A stretch of 64,000 bases of DNA, taken from assembly GCA_963790475.1 (NCBI GenBank), contig CAWBOS010000012.1, forward strand, positions 480,001-544,000. The letters run 5' to 3'. This stretch comes from an uncultured delta proteobacterium. Lineage in GTDB: Bacteria > Desulfobacterota > RBG-13-43-22. Under the pieces are notes generated by a model. It worked only from the letters and a program-made list of their open reading frames with translations. It had not been told where the DNA came from and ran no database searches. Position numbers and translations under genes: made by a program. Position 1 is the first letter of the stretch. The number at the start of each line of letters is the position of its first letter. Below are positions 1 through 11,251 of the stretch, piece by piece.

Positions 1-168
1 GACAGGAGGATCCAATTGGGGAGCAACTTCAACTAAATCCAATCCTTGTTCTCTGGCCATAGTCAGGGCCTGATTTAGGGGTAAGATGCCCAACTGAACA
101 CCGCCATCTCCAATAACCCTGACATTAGCGGCCCTGATCTCTTCGTTAACACTAACCGACTTGGCTAT
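1..168 (-). CDS. infC: Translation initiation factor IF-3, 5' part (runs off window); probable ATA start
   Basis: Manual translation [56 protein letters not shown] is a typical IF-3 N-domain; directly downstream of thrS; SD AGGAGGTG at 182-175. Confidence 0.93.
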   Translation of the reverse strand, partial: MAKSVSVNEEIRAANVRVIGDGGVQLGILPLNQALTMAREQGLDLVEVAPQLDPPV

Positions 169-251
169 AACCATCACCTCCTAGTTAAATTTTTGATTGC
201 TAATTGCGGAATATGTGATTTGACTTTTTGGTTTCTTAAGGTCTTTCATTA

Positions 252-2192
252 TTATTGTTTCCCCGGCACCGACTCTTCTCGAATCCTATCAATGAACTCC
301 GCTACAGTCCAATTTCCCAGATTTTCTCCGCTGCGTGCTCTTGGGCTTATGCAGCCTCGCTCTTCCTCCTTGTCCCCAATAACGATCATATACGGGATCT
401 TTTGCAGTTGGGCTTCACGGATTTTGAGCCCCAATTTCTCATTGCGGATATCCAATTCGGCCCGAATGCCGGCCGCAAATAAATCTTGAAACACCTTTTG
501 GGAATAAGAGGCGTTGCGATCGGTAACCGACACTATAACAGCTTGAACCGGAGCCAGCCAGGTGGGGAAAGCCCCGGCAAAATGTTCGATCAATAAGGCC
601 AGGAACCGCTCATAGGACCCCAGAATGGCCCGGTGCACCATGACCGGTGGTACGGCTTTGCCCTCTTCATTAATATAGGTGAGGTCAAAGCGTTTGGGGG
701 TGGCAAAATCCAGTTGCACCGTGGGGATCTGCACTTCCCGGCCCATGGCGTCCTTGAACATAAAGTCCAGTTTGGGGCCATAGAGGGCCGCTTCCCCTTC
801 ACGGCGCTTGGCCTTAAGCCCCATCTCATCGGAAATCTCGGCCAGCATGGCTTCGCAGATATCCCAGTCTCCAGGATCACCAATATATTTATCCGGGCTG
901 CCATAATCACGAACCGAAAGGGACACCCAGTGGCCACCCCACATGCCGAGATCCGAGTAAAAATCCCTGATGATTTGCACCATGTTCATGGCTTCCTGTT
1001 TCACCTGGTCGATACGGCAGAAGGAGTGACCGTCCTCAACGGTGATGGCGTAAACCCGGGTCAATCCGCCGAGTTCTCCGGTTTTTTCCGCCCGGTACTG
1101 CTTTTCCGACTCCATGTACCGGATGGGCAAGTCCCGGTAGGACCGGAGCCGGGAGGCATAGATCTGGGTCTGGTGGGGGCACTGGACCGGTTTCATCACA
1201 AAGGCGTGCTCTTTGGCGGAAGTAACGTGAAAAAGCTCATCCCCGAACTTGGTGGCATGGCCCGATAACTGATACAATTCGATTTTGGCCAGATGGGGGG
1301 TCATGACTTTCTGAAACCCGTATTGCCTGCAAATCGATTCCACCCGTTTTTTCAACTCTTCAATGATGACGGTGCCCTTGGGAGTGAAGAGGGGCAAACC
1401 CGGCCCGACCTTTTCCGAAAATACAAACAGGTCCAGACTCTTGCCCAGTTTGCGATGGTTTCGTTTTTCAGCCTCGGCCCGCTGGGCGAGAAAGGTTTCC
1501 AGCCCCTCTTTGGTTTCAAAGGCCGTCCCGTAGATCCGCTGCAACATGGGCCGTTTTTCATCCCCCCGCCAATAAGCCCCGGCCACATGGGTCAGTCTAA
1601 AAAAACGGCTCTTATTGGTGGAGGTTAGATGTGGCCCGCGGCACATATCCACAAAATTCCCCTGTCGATAAAGGGAAACCGTGGGCTCGGTCAGTTCTTC
1701 CAGCATCTCAACCTTGAAGGATTCCCCCAAGGATGAAAAAAGCCGGATGGCCTCTTCCCGGGGAAGTTCTTCCCGGACAATAGGAATATTCCCCTGGCTT
1801 AGAGCGCGCATTTTCGCTTCGACACGGGGAAGGTCTTCGGGAGTAAAAGGGTCTTTTTTTGAAAAATCGTAATAAAATCCATTTTCAATGGCCGGCCCGA
1901 TGGCCAGCTTGACTTCCGGAAATAATTCCTTGACGGCCTGGGCCATCAAGTGAGCTGTGGAATGACGTAGAATCTCCAACCCTTCGGGATCATTCTCGAA
2001 AACCGGCTCTAATCTTCCTTCCCCGGATAAAGTCCTGGTTAAGCCGATTAATTCCCCATCCAGACGGCCGGCCACAATCTTTTTCAGAGACCCCTGTCCC
2101 CCTTTTTTTAAAGCTTCCAGGACTGTGGTATCTTTGGGAAAGTCCAGTGAATTCCCGCCGGGGAAATTTATATGAATTTCTTCTGGTTGCAT
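252..2192 (-). CDS. thrS: Threonine--tRNA ligase (start reassigned to MQPEEIHINF)
   Basis: TGS domain, RHSTAHLMAQAV and DMCRGPH editing motifs, HRAILGSYERF, anticodon domain; the ORF-track extension to 2384 overlaps acyP. Confidence 0.97.
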   Translation of the reverse strand: MQPEEIHINFPGGNSLDFPKDTTVLEALKKGGQGSLKKIVAGRLDGELIGLTRTLSGEGRLEPVFENDPEGLEILRHSTAHLMAQAVKELFPEVKLAIGPAIENGFYYDFSKKDPFTPEDLPRVEAKMRALSQGNIPIVREELPREEAIRLFSSLGESFKVEMLEELTEPTVSLYRQGNFVDMCRGPHLTSTNKSRFFRLTHVAGAYWRGDEKRPMLQRIYGTAFETKEGLETFLAQRAEAEKRNHRKLGKSLDLFVFSEKVGPGLPLFTPKGTVIIEELKKRVESICRQYGFQKVMTPHLAKIELYQLSGHATKFGDELFHVTSAKEHAFVMKPVQCPHQTQIYASRLRSYRDLPIRYMESEKQYRAEKTGELGGLTRVYAITVEDGHSFCRIDQVKQEAMNMVQIIRDFYSDLGMWGGHWVSLSVRDYGSPDKYIGDPGDWDICEAMLAEISDEMGLKAKRREGEAALYGPKLDFMFKDAMGREVQIPTVQLDFATPKRFDLTYINEEGKAVPPVMVHRAILGSYERFLALLIEHFAGAFPTWLAPVQAVIVSVTDRNASYSQKVFQDLFAAGIRAELDIRNEKLGLKIREAQLQKIPYMIVIGDKEEERGCISPRARSGENLGNWTVAEFIDRIREESVPGKQ

Positions 2193-2292
2193 GTATTGAG
2201 CGATCAAACACTGATAAAATACTAAAGAACAAACTTTATTTATACTAATTTTACGCTGTAATGTCAAATAAATATTAGAAATTAAAAACGAT

Positions 2293-2574
2293 CTAATTAT
2301 AACGAATCTGGAAGTCATCAAAGGCGCCGGAAAAAGGTCCGGGGGAGACCTCCACCTTTTCCACTCGTGAAGAAGGGGATCCACGCCGGCACCAGGCTAC
2401 CATTTGATCGACCTTGTCCTTCTCTCCTTCAAATAAGGCCTCCACGGTCCCGTCCCGCCGATTCCGCACCCAGCCGGTCAGTCCCAGGGATTTGGCCTGA
2501 TCCCGGGTAAAGGCCCGGAAATAAACCCCTTGAACCCAGCCATGAATGACCACCCGGGCTGATGTTTTTTCCAT
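2293..2574 (-). CDS. acyP: Acylphosphatase
   Basis: GWVQGVYFR and GWVRNRRDGTVE motifs. Confidence 0.95.
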   Translation of the reverse strand: MEKTSARVVIHGWVQGVYFRAFTRDQAKSLGLTGWVRNRRDGTVEALFEGEKDKVDQMVAWCRRGSPSSRVEKVEVSPGPFSGAFDDFQIRYN

Positions 2575-2589
2575 AAAGTTCCCTTAAAG

Positions 2590-4614
<2,025 letters not shown>

Positions 4615-4875
4615 TTATGGGTTCCTGAGTACCTCATCATGGTCTCCGATGACACGTAACACGATGGAATTCTTATCATACTGCCAGGTCATACGGACTG
4701 CCATATTTATAGTACATTCGAATATATTATCGGTGCCTTGAACCTTCTTTGTTCTCGAGGAAGGATGATGAGGATTTTTAATCATCAATAAGAATTTTTT
4801 ATGGAGGGTTTTTTTTTCTTCCTTGGAGAGCTGGTTATAGGATTTCTTAAACCTATCGGTAAAAATGAATTCCAT
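4615..4875 (-). CDS. RelE/ParE-like type II toxin
   Basis: 86 aa, FTDRFKKSY...NPHHPSSRTKK...IGDHDEV; directly after an AbrB-type gene. Confidence 0.75.
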   Translation of the reverse strand: MEFIFTDRFKKSYNQLSKEEKKTLHKKFLLMIKNPHHPSSRTKKVQGTDNIFECTINMAVRMTWQYDKNSIVLRVIGDHDEVLRNP

Positions 4876-4878
4876 AGA

Positions 4879-5148
4879 TCATAAATCCAGTTTTTCAATC
4901 AGTTCTTTTACGTTCTTTGCTTTGTGAACCCTGCCTTTCTTGATATCTCCATCGGCTTCCTTTTCCAGTTCCTGCCATTTCTTCGACCAAAACCAGGACT
5001 GCGACCGGTCAATCACCAGAACCGGTTTTATAATGATCCTATCTTCTTCCATGGCAATGTCCAGATTATCGCCCTCCTGCAGCTTCATTTTCTTGACGAC
5101 TTCACTGGGCAATGTTACCTGCGCCCGGCGTCTGAGCTGGGTAATCAT
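4879..5148 (-). CDS. AbrB/MazE/SpoVT-family antitoxin
   Basis: QVTLPSEVVKKMKLQEGDNL swapped-hairpin motif; QSWFWSKKWQELEKEAD tail. Confidence 0.85.
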   Translation of the reverse strand: MITQLRRRAQVTLPSEVVKKMKLQEGDNLDIAMEEDRIIIKPVLVIDRSQSWFWSKKWQELEKEADGDIKKGRVHKAKNVKELIEKLDL

Positions 5149-5195
5149 AGAAAAATCTCCTAATCAGAAATTCGTATATTCTGATTATATCACAG

Positions 5196-6263
5196 TTATA
5201 ATTTTTGTCCATCAAATTCTTCACTGAAGCGAAAGGCCCTGAGAAGTCCGAAACACCCGCTGAGCATCATATTACCGAAGGGGGCGGCCATGATAACCTG
5301 GGCTTGGGCCAGCAATCCCCTTCGCGGCCCGGTGACGATCAGCGGAGGGAACCGGCCTTCCCAAGGTGCGGTATTAAGGCAGCCGTGTCCCTGGTCTTGG
5401 AGGACCTGTTCATTGGTCAACTGCCCGGCAACAAATCCCTGTAGATCACTCAACAGTTTTTCCTGGTTCAGGAAAAAGGTATGATGTTCAAAAATACCTC
5501 TCAAACGGCCTTCTACCATCCAGGCGGCCAGAGTATGTTCGTTGCCGATATTGACGATGAGGACATGGGGGGAGTCCATATTTTTTGCCTGTTCATCTTC
5601 CAAGGCCCCCAGGATGGCTGCCGCCCCGGTATCCATGACCTGGGCTTGAGGCCAGGTCTCCTGAACGGCCTTCATCCGGGTCAAATGGGCCGGGATATCC
5701 TGATAAAGAAGGGTTTCCAATAGTTTTCCTGAGGCCAGAAAATCCTCCCATTGTTTAAAGCGAAACCGCCGGTTGCTTTCTCGGGGTGCAAAGCCGTGAT
5801 CCTGAACGGCTACCAGGCGGATCTCAGGTAAAGCCAGGACGAAAGATTCAAAAAGGCCGACAAGGGCTGCTTCTTGAATATCACCTAACTCGATTACCGT
5901 GGTCTCAGATGGTGCCGATTCGGTTATCAGGATCCCCATTTGGGCCACCTGATCGAGATCGTCCCGAATGGTCAGGGCCGCCTTTGATTGGGCATAAACC
6001 GGCAAACCCGCCGTCAGATGATCGCGGACCGCCTGGGAAGAGGACCCTCCACCCATCAGAGGGCCTGTCAAAAATATGGCCTTCCGATCCCGGGTGGCCC
6101 GGTTGATTTTCCGGGCAATCATAACCGTAGGCGAAGGGAGGATACACTGCAAGGCATTTTCCAAAGGCTCCCCTTCGGTCCATACCAGCAGGTCTTGTGT
6201 CCCCCCGCCGATATCCAAGGTCAGAATGCTTTGGCTGTTTTTTTTTATTGAAGGGTGGTGCAT
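5196..6263 (-). CDS. DUF1786-family protein
   Basis: LDIGGGTQD, AVQDHG, DTGAAAILG, NIGNEHT and FEHHT motifs. Confidence 0.75.
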   Translation of the reverse strand: MHHPSIKKNSQSILTLDIGGGTQDLLVWTEGEPLENALQCILPSPTVMIARKINRATRDRKAIFLTGPLMGGGSSSQAVRDHLTAGLPVYAQSKAALTIRDDLDQVAQMGILITESAPSETTVIELGDIQEAALVGLFESFVLALPEIRLVAVQDHGFAPRESNRRFRFKQWEDFLASGKLLETLLYQDIPAHLTRMKAVQETWPQAQVMDTGAAAILGALEDEQAKNMDSPHVLIVNIGNEHTLAAWMVEGRLRGIFEHHTFFLNQEKLLSDLQGFVAGQLTNEQVLQDQGHGCLNTAPWEGRFPPLIVTGPRRGLLAQAQVIMAAPFGNMMLSGCFGLLRAFRFSEEFDGQKL

Positions 6264-6493
6264 AGTTTTCCCTCAAGCGAAAAAGAACAATCTTCTTGCG
6301 CTTTCCCTCTCTTTAGTTCAATGTAAGTGTTGATGAACTTTCAGGTCTTATAAGGTCTGAGATTAAGATTTCCATAGTAGTCTTGATAGCCATATGGCCT
6401 TGACTCGATCCTTTGTTGCCCCTGCCTGTCAAGCGGCTTTGGGGGTTTTGCTCTAACGTCCTCCACTGGACAAACAACAGCCCTGTTGTACCT

Positions 6494-6886
6494 TTAAAAC
6501 CAGTCTTCCAGTTGAAGTCCCTTTATTCGCTTAAACTCTTTAATATTATGGGTTACCAAAGTCCCTTTATTCGACAAGGCAACGGCGGCAATTAAAATAT
6601 CATAAGGGCCGATCATTAGGCCCTTTTTTTCGAGTTCCACCCGACGGGAAGCCGCTATCCGAGCTTCTTTAACGCCAAAGGGAAGGATCTGGACAACGGA
6701 AGCCAATTCCAGGAGTTGTAATCTCCGTTTCTGAGGAGACACAGATTTGGCGATACCGACCTCCAATTCGAAAAGGACGATACTTGGAATGGCAATATCC
6801 GTGGGATTTTTAGCCAATAAATGTGTCGATACGCCCCCTGAACCTTTAAAAAAATAGATCAAGGTGTTGGTATCCAACACGTACAT
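6494..6886 (-). CDS. vapC: VapC PIN-domain toxin
   Basis: YVLDTNTLI, ELEVG, IGPYDILIAA, LVTHNIKEF. Confidence 0.92.
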   Translation of the reverse strand: MYVLDTNTLIYFFKGSGGVSTHLLAKNPTDIAIPSIVLFELEVGIAKSVSPQKRRLQLLELASVVQILPFGVKEARIAASRRVELEKKGLMIGPYDILIAAVALSNKGTLVTHNIKEFKRIKGLQLEDWF

Positions 6887-7131
6887 CAGACCGGCTCCCT
6901 TTTGATATCAGAAACCATATTCATACGGATTTCTTCGGCCAAAGGCAGATCCTTCCAGGCACCGGCCAATTTTTGTATATGAACCGGCCAAACATCGGCA
7001 GTTTTTTCCCGAATCAGGTCTGCAATCCATTTACTCTTGGATATCCCGTTTTTCTTGATGACGGTCTTCATTTTGGTCTCGGTGCGTTGATCCAGATAAA
7101 TGGTCACTTGTCCCATTTTGGTCTCTCCCAT
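6886..7131 (-). CDS. VapB-like (CopG/RHH-type) antitoxin
   Basis: MGQVTIYLD...SKSKWIADLIR; stop overlaps the vapC start. Confidence 0.8.
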   Translation of the reverse strand: MGETKMGQVTIYLDQRTETKMKTVIKKNGISKSKWIADLIREKTADVWPVHIQKLAGAWKDLPLAEEIRMNMVSDIKREPV

Positions 7132-7250
7132 AGGTAATAATTAAAAGCGAATATAATTTAACATATATGTGGATAATGTCAATAAGAATTTAGAATCATC
7201 CATTAAAAGATACCACAACAGTCTTTAATCATTAGATTTGGAAGGGAAGG

Positions 7251-7340
7251 TTATTTTCTGCAAACAGCGATGCCGTGGATACGGAAGGGCTCGTAGATTA
7301 GCTGGATATTTTCCGGCGAGAAGCCGCCCTCAACCAATAC
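7251..7340 (-). pseudogene. 3' remnant of a paralogue of the methyltransferase gene at 8641-9617
   Basis: 7251-7329 matches 8641-8719 at 75 of 79 nt and encodes the same GGFSPENIQLIYEPFRIHGIAVCRK*. Confidence 0.85.
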
Positions 7341-7413
7341 TTGGTGAATAGGCTTTTGTTTTCGTAAGATTCATTGGAATCATAATAATACCACTTTTTT
7401 CTTTAAAATAAAT

Positions 7414-8419
7414 TCTGGGGTATTCACTTGACTAAGGTTACCCCAACATATAGTAATGGGGCGTGGAATCGTACCCCAAAAGTTTGACTGAATTTGAGTC
7501 TTGGTTTTCTTCGGAACAAGATTGTCGAGACTACCTTTATCGTTTGAGATGGCCGGAAGGCTTTATCTGTCCACGATGTGGGAACCCGGAAGCCTGGCCA
7601 ATTGGTACTATGTTGTTCGAGTGTTCCGGTTGCCACTATCAGTTGTCGGTTGTAGCGGGAACAATTTTTCAAGATACCCACAAGCCGTTGATGGTGTGGT
7701 TTAGGGCGATATGGTGGGTAACTGGACAAAAAAATGGAGCCAGCGCTCTGGGCCTTAAACGCATCCTTGGTCTGGGAAGCTATCGCACGGCCTGGACCTG
7801 GTTGCACAAACTGCGTCGGGCCATGGTCCGTCCTGACCGGGACTGCTTGTCTGGTATTATTGAAGTAGATGAAACCGTTATTGGCGGAGAGAAACCTGGT
7901 AAACGAGGTCGTGGGGCGGCCGGTAAGGTACTCGTAGGTATCGCAGTCGAAGACAAGGGAGATGACGGCGTTGGGCGAATTCGTCTTGGTATTCTTCCGG
8001 ATGCCTCTGCAAACAGTCTCAACGCCTTTATTAAGGAAAGAGTCACGGGAGGAAGTACCATTCGAACCGACGATTGGCTTGGCTACAGCAAATTGGATTC
8101 TGTTGGTTATCGGCACGTCACTATTAAAAATACTGAATTGAAGCTTGCTCACTTGGTAGTATCTCTTCTGAAACGTTGGCTTCTGGGTACCCATCAAGGT
8201 GCAGTCAGTCATGAGCATTTAGCCTACTATTTGGATGAGTATGTTTTTAGATTCAATCGCCGAACTTCGACTCACCGCGGCAAATTATTTATGCGCCTCC
8301 TGGAAAATGCTGTACAAATCGGACCGGTCACCCAATGTCAGATCATTCAGCATGTTAGAGGACGCAAACCCAAAGAACACAACATATAGGGAATACCTTA
8401 GTCAAGTGAATACCCCAGA
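7414..8419 (+). mobile_element. Complete IS1595-family insertion sequence (~1.0 kb)
   Basis: Inverted repeats TCTGGGGTATTCACTTGACTAAGGT at 7414-7438 and 8395-8419; flanking direct repeat AAATAAAT (extendable to AAAATAAATT at 7405-7414 and 8419-8428). Confidence 0.93.
7463..8389 (+). CDS. IS1595-family (ISXO2-like) DDE transposase
   Basis: N-terminal Zn ribbon CPRCG...CSGC; IEVDET, IRTDDW, YLDEYVFRFNRR motifs; GTG start. Confidence 0.95.
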   Translation: MESYPKSLTEFESWFSSEQDCRDYLYRLRWPEGFICPRCGNPEAWPIGTMLFECSGCHYQLSVVAGTIFQDTHKPLMVWFRAIWWVTGQKNGASALGLKRILGLGSYRTAWTWLHKLRRAMVRPDRDCLSGIIEVDETVIGGEKPGKRGRGAAGKVLVGIAVEDKGDDGVGRIRLGILPDASANSLNAFIKERVTGGSTIRTDDWLGYSKLDSVGYRHVTIKNTELKLAHLVVSLLKRWLLGTHQGAVSHEHLAYYLDEYVFRFNRRTSTHRGKLFMRLLENAVQIGPVTQCQIIQHVRGRKPKEHNI

Positions 8420-8624
8420 AAATAAATTTTTGAAAAATCCTGAAAGGAAAAGCAACCATTCCATATATTACTAATAGCCACATTACCGTTACCCCCAAAG
8501 CTATTTCCCCGATCTCGAGTAACGATTGACCAATAATGACCGCACCAGCCGCCGTCAATCTACCATAGTCTCTTACTTTGGAACCAAAAGATGGAGATAT
8601 CATTTTTTCCCTCTCTGCCCCCAC
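8420..8624 (-). pseudogene. Small membrane protein interrupted near its 3' end by IS1595
   Basis: Hydrophobic ORF; removing the IS and one TSD copy restores ...RIFQKFILKKKVVLL*. Confidence 0.5.
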
Positions 8625-8640
8625 GCTTTTTCAACACTCA

Positions 8641-9617
8641 TCATTTTCTGCAGACAGCGATGCCGTGGATACGGAAGGGCTCGTAGATTAACTGGATGTT
8701 TTCCGGCGAGAAGCCGCCCAAAACAAGCAGCTCTGCAAATTCCTGTTCATTCCGATAGATCATGGGCCAGAGTAACAACCAATCGAGAAATATTTTTTCC
8801 CGATTTTTATTGATATTACAGGTTAAGAAAATCCCAGGCTGGGGGAGGAAGCTTTTGATCTGGTTAATCAGTTCAATGGCTCTATCCTTGGGACGATAAT
8901 CGAGGAAGCCGACCATCTCGATAATATGAGGTTGGAAATCAGCACAGACTTCTTCGAGACATTTTGTAGTATTACAGACAATCGAAAAATTTTTGTCAAA
9001 ACCACAGGACCTAATCATCCTACCCGCCTCCTCGATAGCAGTAGGATCTGCATCAATAAGTATAGCCTTGATATTCAGATGAGGACATTTTTTCATGGCC
9101 TCAACTACCGCCTGGGCCGATCCGGAGGCGATAGAGACCAGTCTGATTTCGGTCTGTTCGGAAAATTTCAAGAAAGAATCGGAAAGCAGGTTAATGAGAA
9201 CCTTTAATCGATTAGTCACCGCCTGCCGGTTTTCCATTTTTTCTACCCAATGACGAGTCAACCAACCTTCTAAATTTCCATCTAACTGAGGTTTGGTTTT
9301 TTCATGGTAATTGTAGAAAAGGTCCAACGCCCGCCAACCGGCAGCCCCCATTTAGCCTGATGATTATATTGGCTGAAGCGGTCAAAAAAAGAACTTGAAA
9401 TATGATTCGGATCACGGCCCAATTCCCATAATATTTTTTTCAGGGGGCTATTTCTTCTTTGGAATAGCTTTAAGAAAACAGCCTGGGAAGTATTAGTCAT
9501 CATGGCCCATAGGCCTGCAAGCTTCAAAAGGCCAATATAGGCCAGACTTCTCCGATCATGTTCACCCTCGAATTCTTCCGCTTTAAGGATTTTAATTTCT
9601 ACCTCTCGAGCTTGCAT
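8641..9617 (-). pseudogene. Class I SAM-dependent methyltransferase-like protein, frameshifted at ~9345
   Basis: ORFs 9282-9635 and 8641-9351 join as AKW-GAAGWRALD if a G5 run were G6; motif I SIASGSA, LIDAD, IEMVGFLDY. Confidence 0.7.
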
Positions 9618-9815
9618 AATCCGGTTATCCCCCAATTAGTAAAGTTTAACCTATTGATAATTTTAATGTTATTCTCATAGAAGATGGGCAATTCATGGAG
9701 TTTTCTTAAGACTTAGCAACAAGAAATACACTTATTAAATAGCAAATGTCAATTATATTTTACAATTCAATACATAGTAGTAATGACAACATCAGGATTG
9801 TTATACTGCTACGCT

Positions 9816-10178
9816 ATGGAGACAAGAAGGATTAGGACCAGCAAGGATATTGGTGGGATTATCAAAAAGAGGAGAAAGGAGCTTGGAATTTCTCAAGAAA
9901 AATTAGCTGAAGTTTTGGGAGTTACCTACCAACAGGTTCAACGATATGAAAATGGGGCCAATAGGCTCAACGTAGAAAATATCCAATTTATGGCCAAGGC
10001 TTTATCCGTTTCGGTATCCTATTTCTTTGAACCGGACAAAATCTCCACAAACCCTAAAGAAGGGACCCTCGGTTTACCAGCCGAAGATTTAAGCCTGCTG
10101 AAATATTTTCGAAAAATCAAGAACAAGCAAAATAAAAAAATCGTCGTCCGGGTCGCCCAACTCGCTTCCAGGGTTTAA
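9816..10178 (+). CDS. XRE-family HTH transcriptional regulator
   Basis: RKELGISQEKLAEVLGVTYQQVQRYENGANR; divergent from the methyltransferase. Confidence 0.9.
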   Translation: METRRIRTSKDIGGIIKKRRKELGISQEKLAEVLGVTYQQVQRYENGANRLNVENIQFMAKALSVSVSYFFEPDKISTNPKEGTLGLPAEDLSLLKYFRKIKNKQNKKIVVRVAQLASRV

Positions 10179-10333
10179 TCAATTTTTAAGTTTCAAAGTG
10201 GAGAAACTTAAGAAAAGAATTGACGAGTCATTGAAGGAGGTCAGTAAGAAAGGGATATAAAACCATTTGTCGGATCATCGAGGCTGTTTTGAAATAATTT
10301 CTCCATCATTTCCTTCCCAGTTTAGCCCCGGAA

Positions 10334-11161
10334 TCATTTTTTTTGCAAATCGACCAGAATATTGGACAGGTTTACAAATTGAGCAATGGTCAGGGTTTCA
10401 CCCCGGCTTTGGGGATCCGTCTGATTCAACTCCAGGGCTTTGGTGATCAACGGGGTTGGAAATCTGGAGTCGGCAGTTAAGGCATTTTTGAGTTGCTTGC
10501 GTCGCTGAGCAAAAGAAGAGCGGACAACCCATAGGAACAAGTCCTGGTCTTCAATCTTTGGGTCCAATTCCTGGTGAAAGCTGATTTCGACAAAAGTCGA
10601 AGAAACTTTAGGTCTCGGAAAGAAGGAGCCTGGTTTGAGCTGCATTATCGATCGTATTTGGGCATAATAGCAGATCAGAATGGTGATTACCCCATATTCT
10701 TTTGTTCCCGACCGGGCCAGAAGACGGTCGGCCACCTCCTTTTGGAGCATCACATAGGCGGCCTTGATGATCGGGCGGTTTTCAATGATCTTAAACAGGA
10801 TGGGCGTGGAAATATGGTAGGGAAGATTGCCGACAACAGAGAATGGGCCGCCTAAAATCCTGAACCATTCCTCCCAGTCTGTTTTTAACAGGTCTTCGTG
10901 AAGCACCTCGATATTTTTCCGTCCCGTCTCCCAAACCCTGGCCTGTAATTCCTTCGAAAGTCCGGCATCGATTTCCACGGCCAGAACCCGGGAAACCTTT
11001 TCGGCCAATAGAAAAGTCATGGCCCCTCTCCCGGCCCCTAATTCCACCACCTTATCCAAGGGGGTCAGGGGAAGTCGGTCCACCAGATGCCTGGCCTGGG
11101 TTTCATTTCTTAAAAAATTTTGGCTGAGGGATCTTAAGGCCGGGTATGAGGGTTGGGACAT
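10334..11161 (-). CDS. rsmA: 16S rRNA adenine dimethyltransferase
   Basis: SQNFL, VELGAGRG, VGNLPYHIS, FFPRPKV, FAQRRKQLKN. Confidence 0.95.
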   Translation of the reverse strand: MSQPSYPALRSLSQNFLRNETQARHLVDRLPLTPLDKVVELGAGRGAMTFLLAEKVSRVLAVEIDAGLSKELQARVWETGRKNIEVLHEDLLKTDWEEWFRILGGPFSVVGNLPYHISTPILFKIIENRPIIKAAYVMLQKEVADRLLARSGTKEYGVITILICYYAQIRSIMQLKPGSFFPRPKVSSTFVEISFHQELDPKIEDQDLFLWVVRSSFAQRRKQLKNALTADSRFPTPLITKALELNQTDPQSRGETLTIAQFVNLSNILVDLQKK

Positions 11162-11251
11162 GAGATTAGGCCAAAAAACGTTTGGTGTTCGGTGCCTGCG
11201 AGGTGCAGGGGCGTTCAGCGAAATCATTTTTCATGCTTTTATGGATCCTTT

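Noticed and set aside
2193-2384. 64-aa N-terminal extension of ThrRS in the ORF track
   Set aside because: Overlaps acyP and an AT-rich promoter region; the TGS domain starts at MQPEE
7424-8218. 264-aa antisense ORF in IS1595
   Set aside because: Shadow of the transposase with no recognisable motifs
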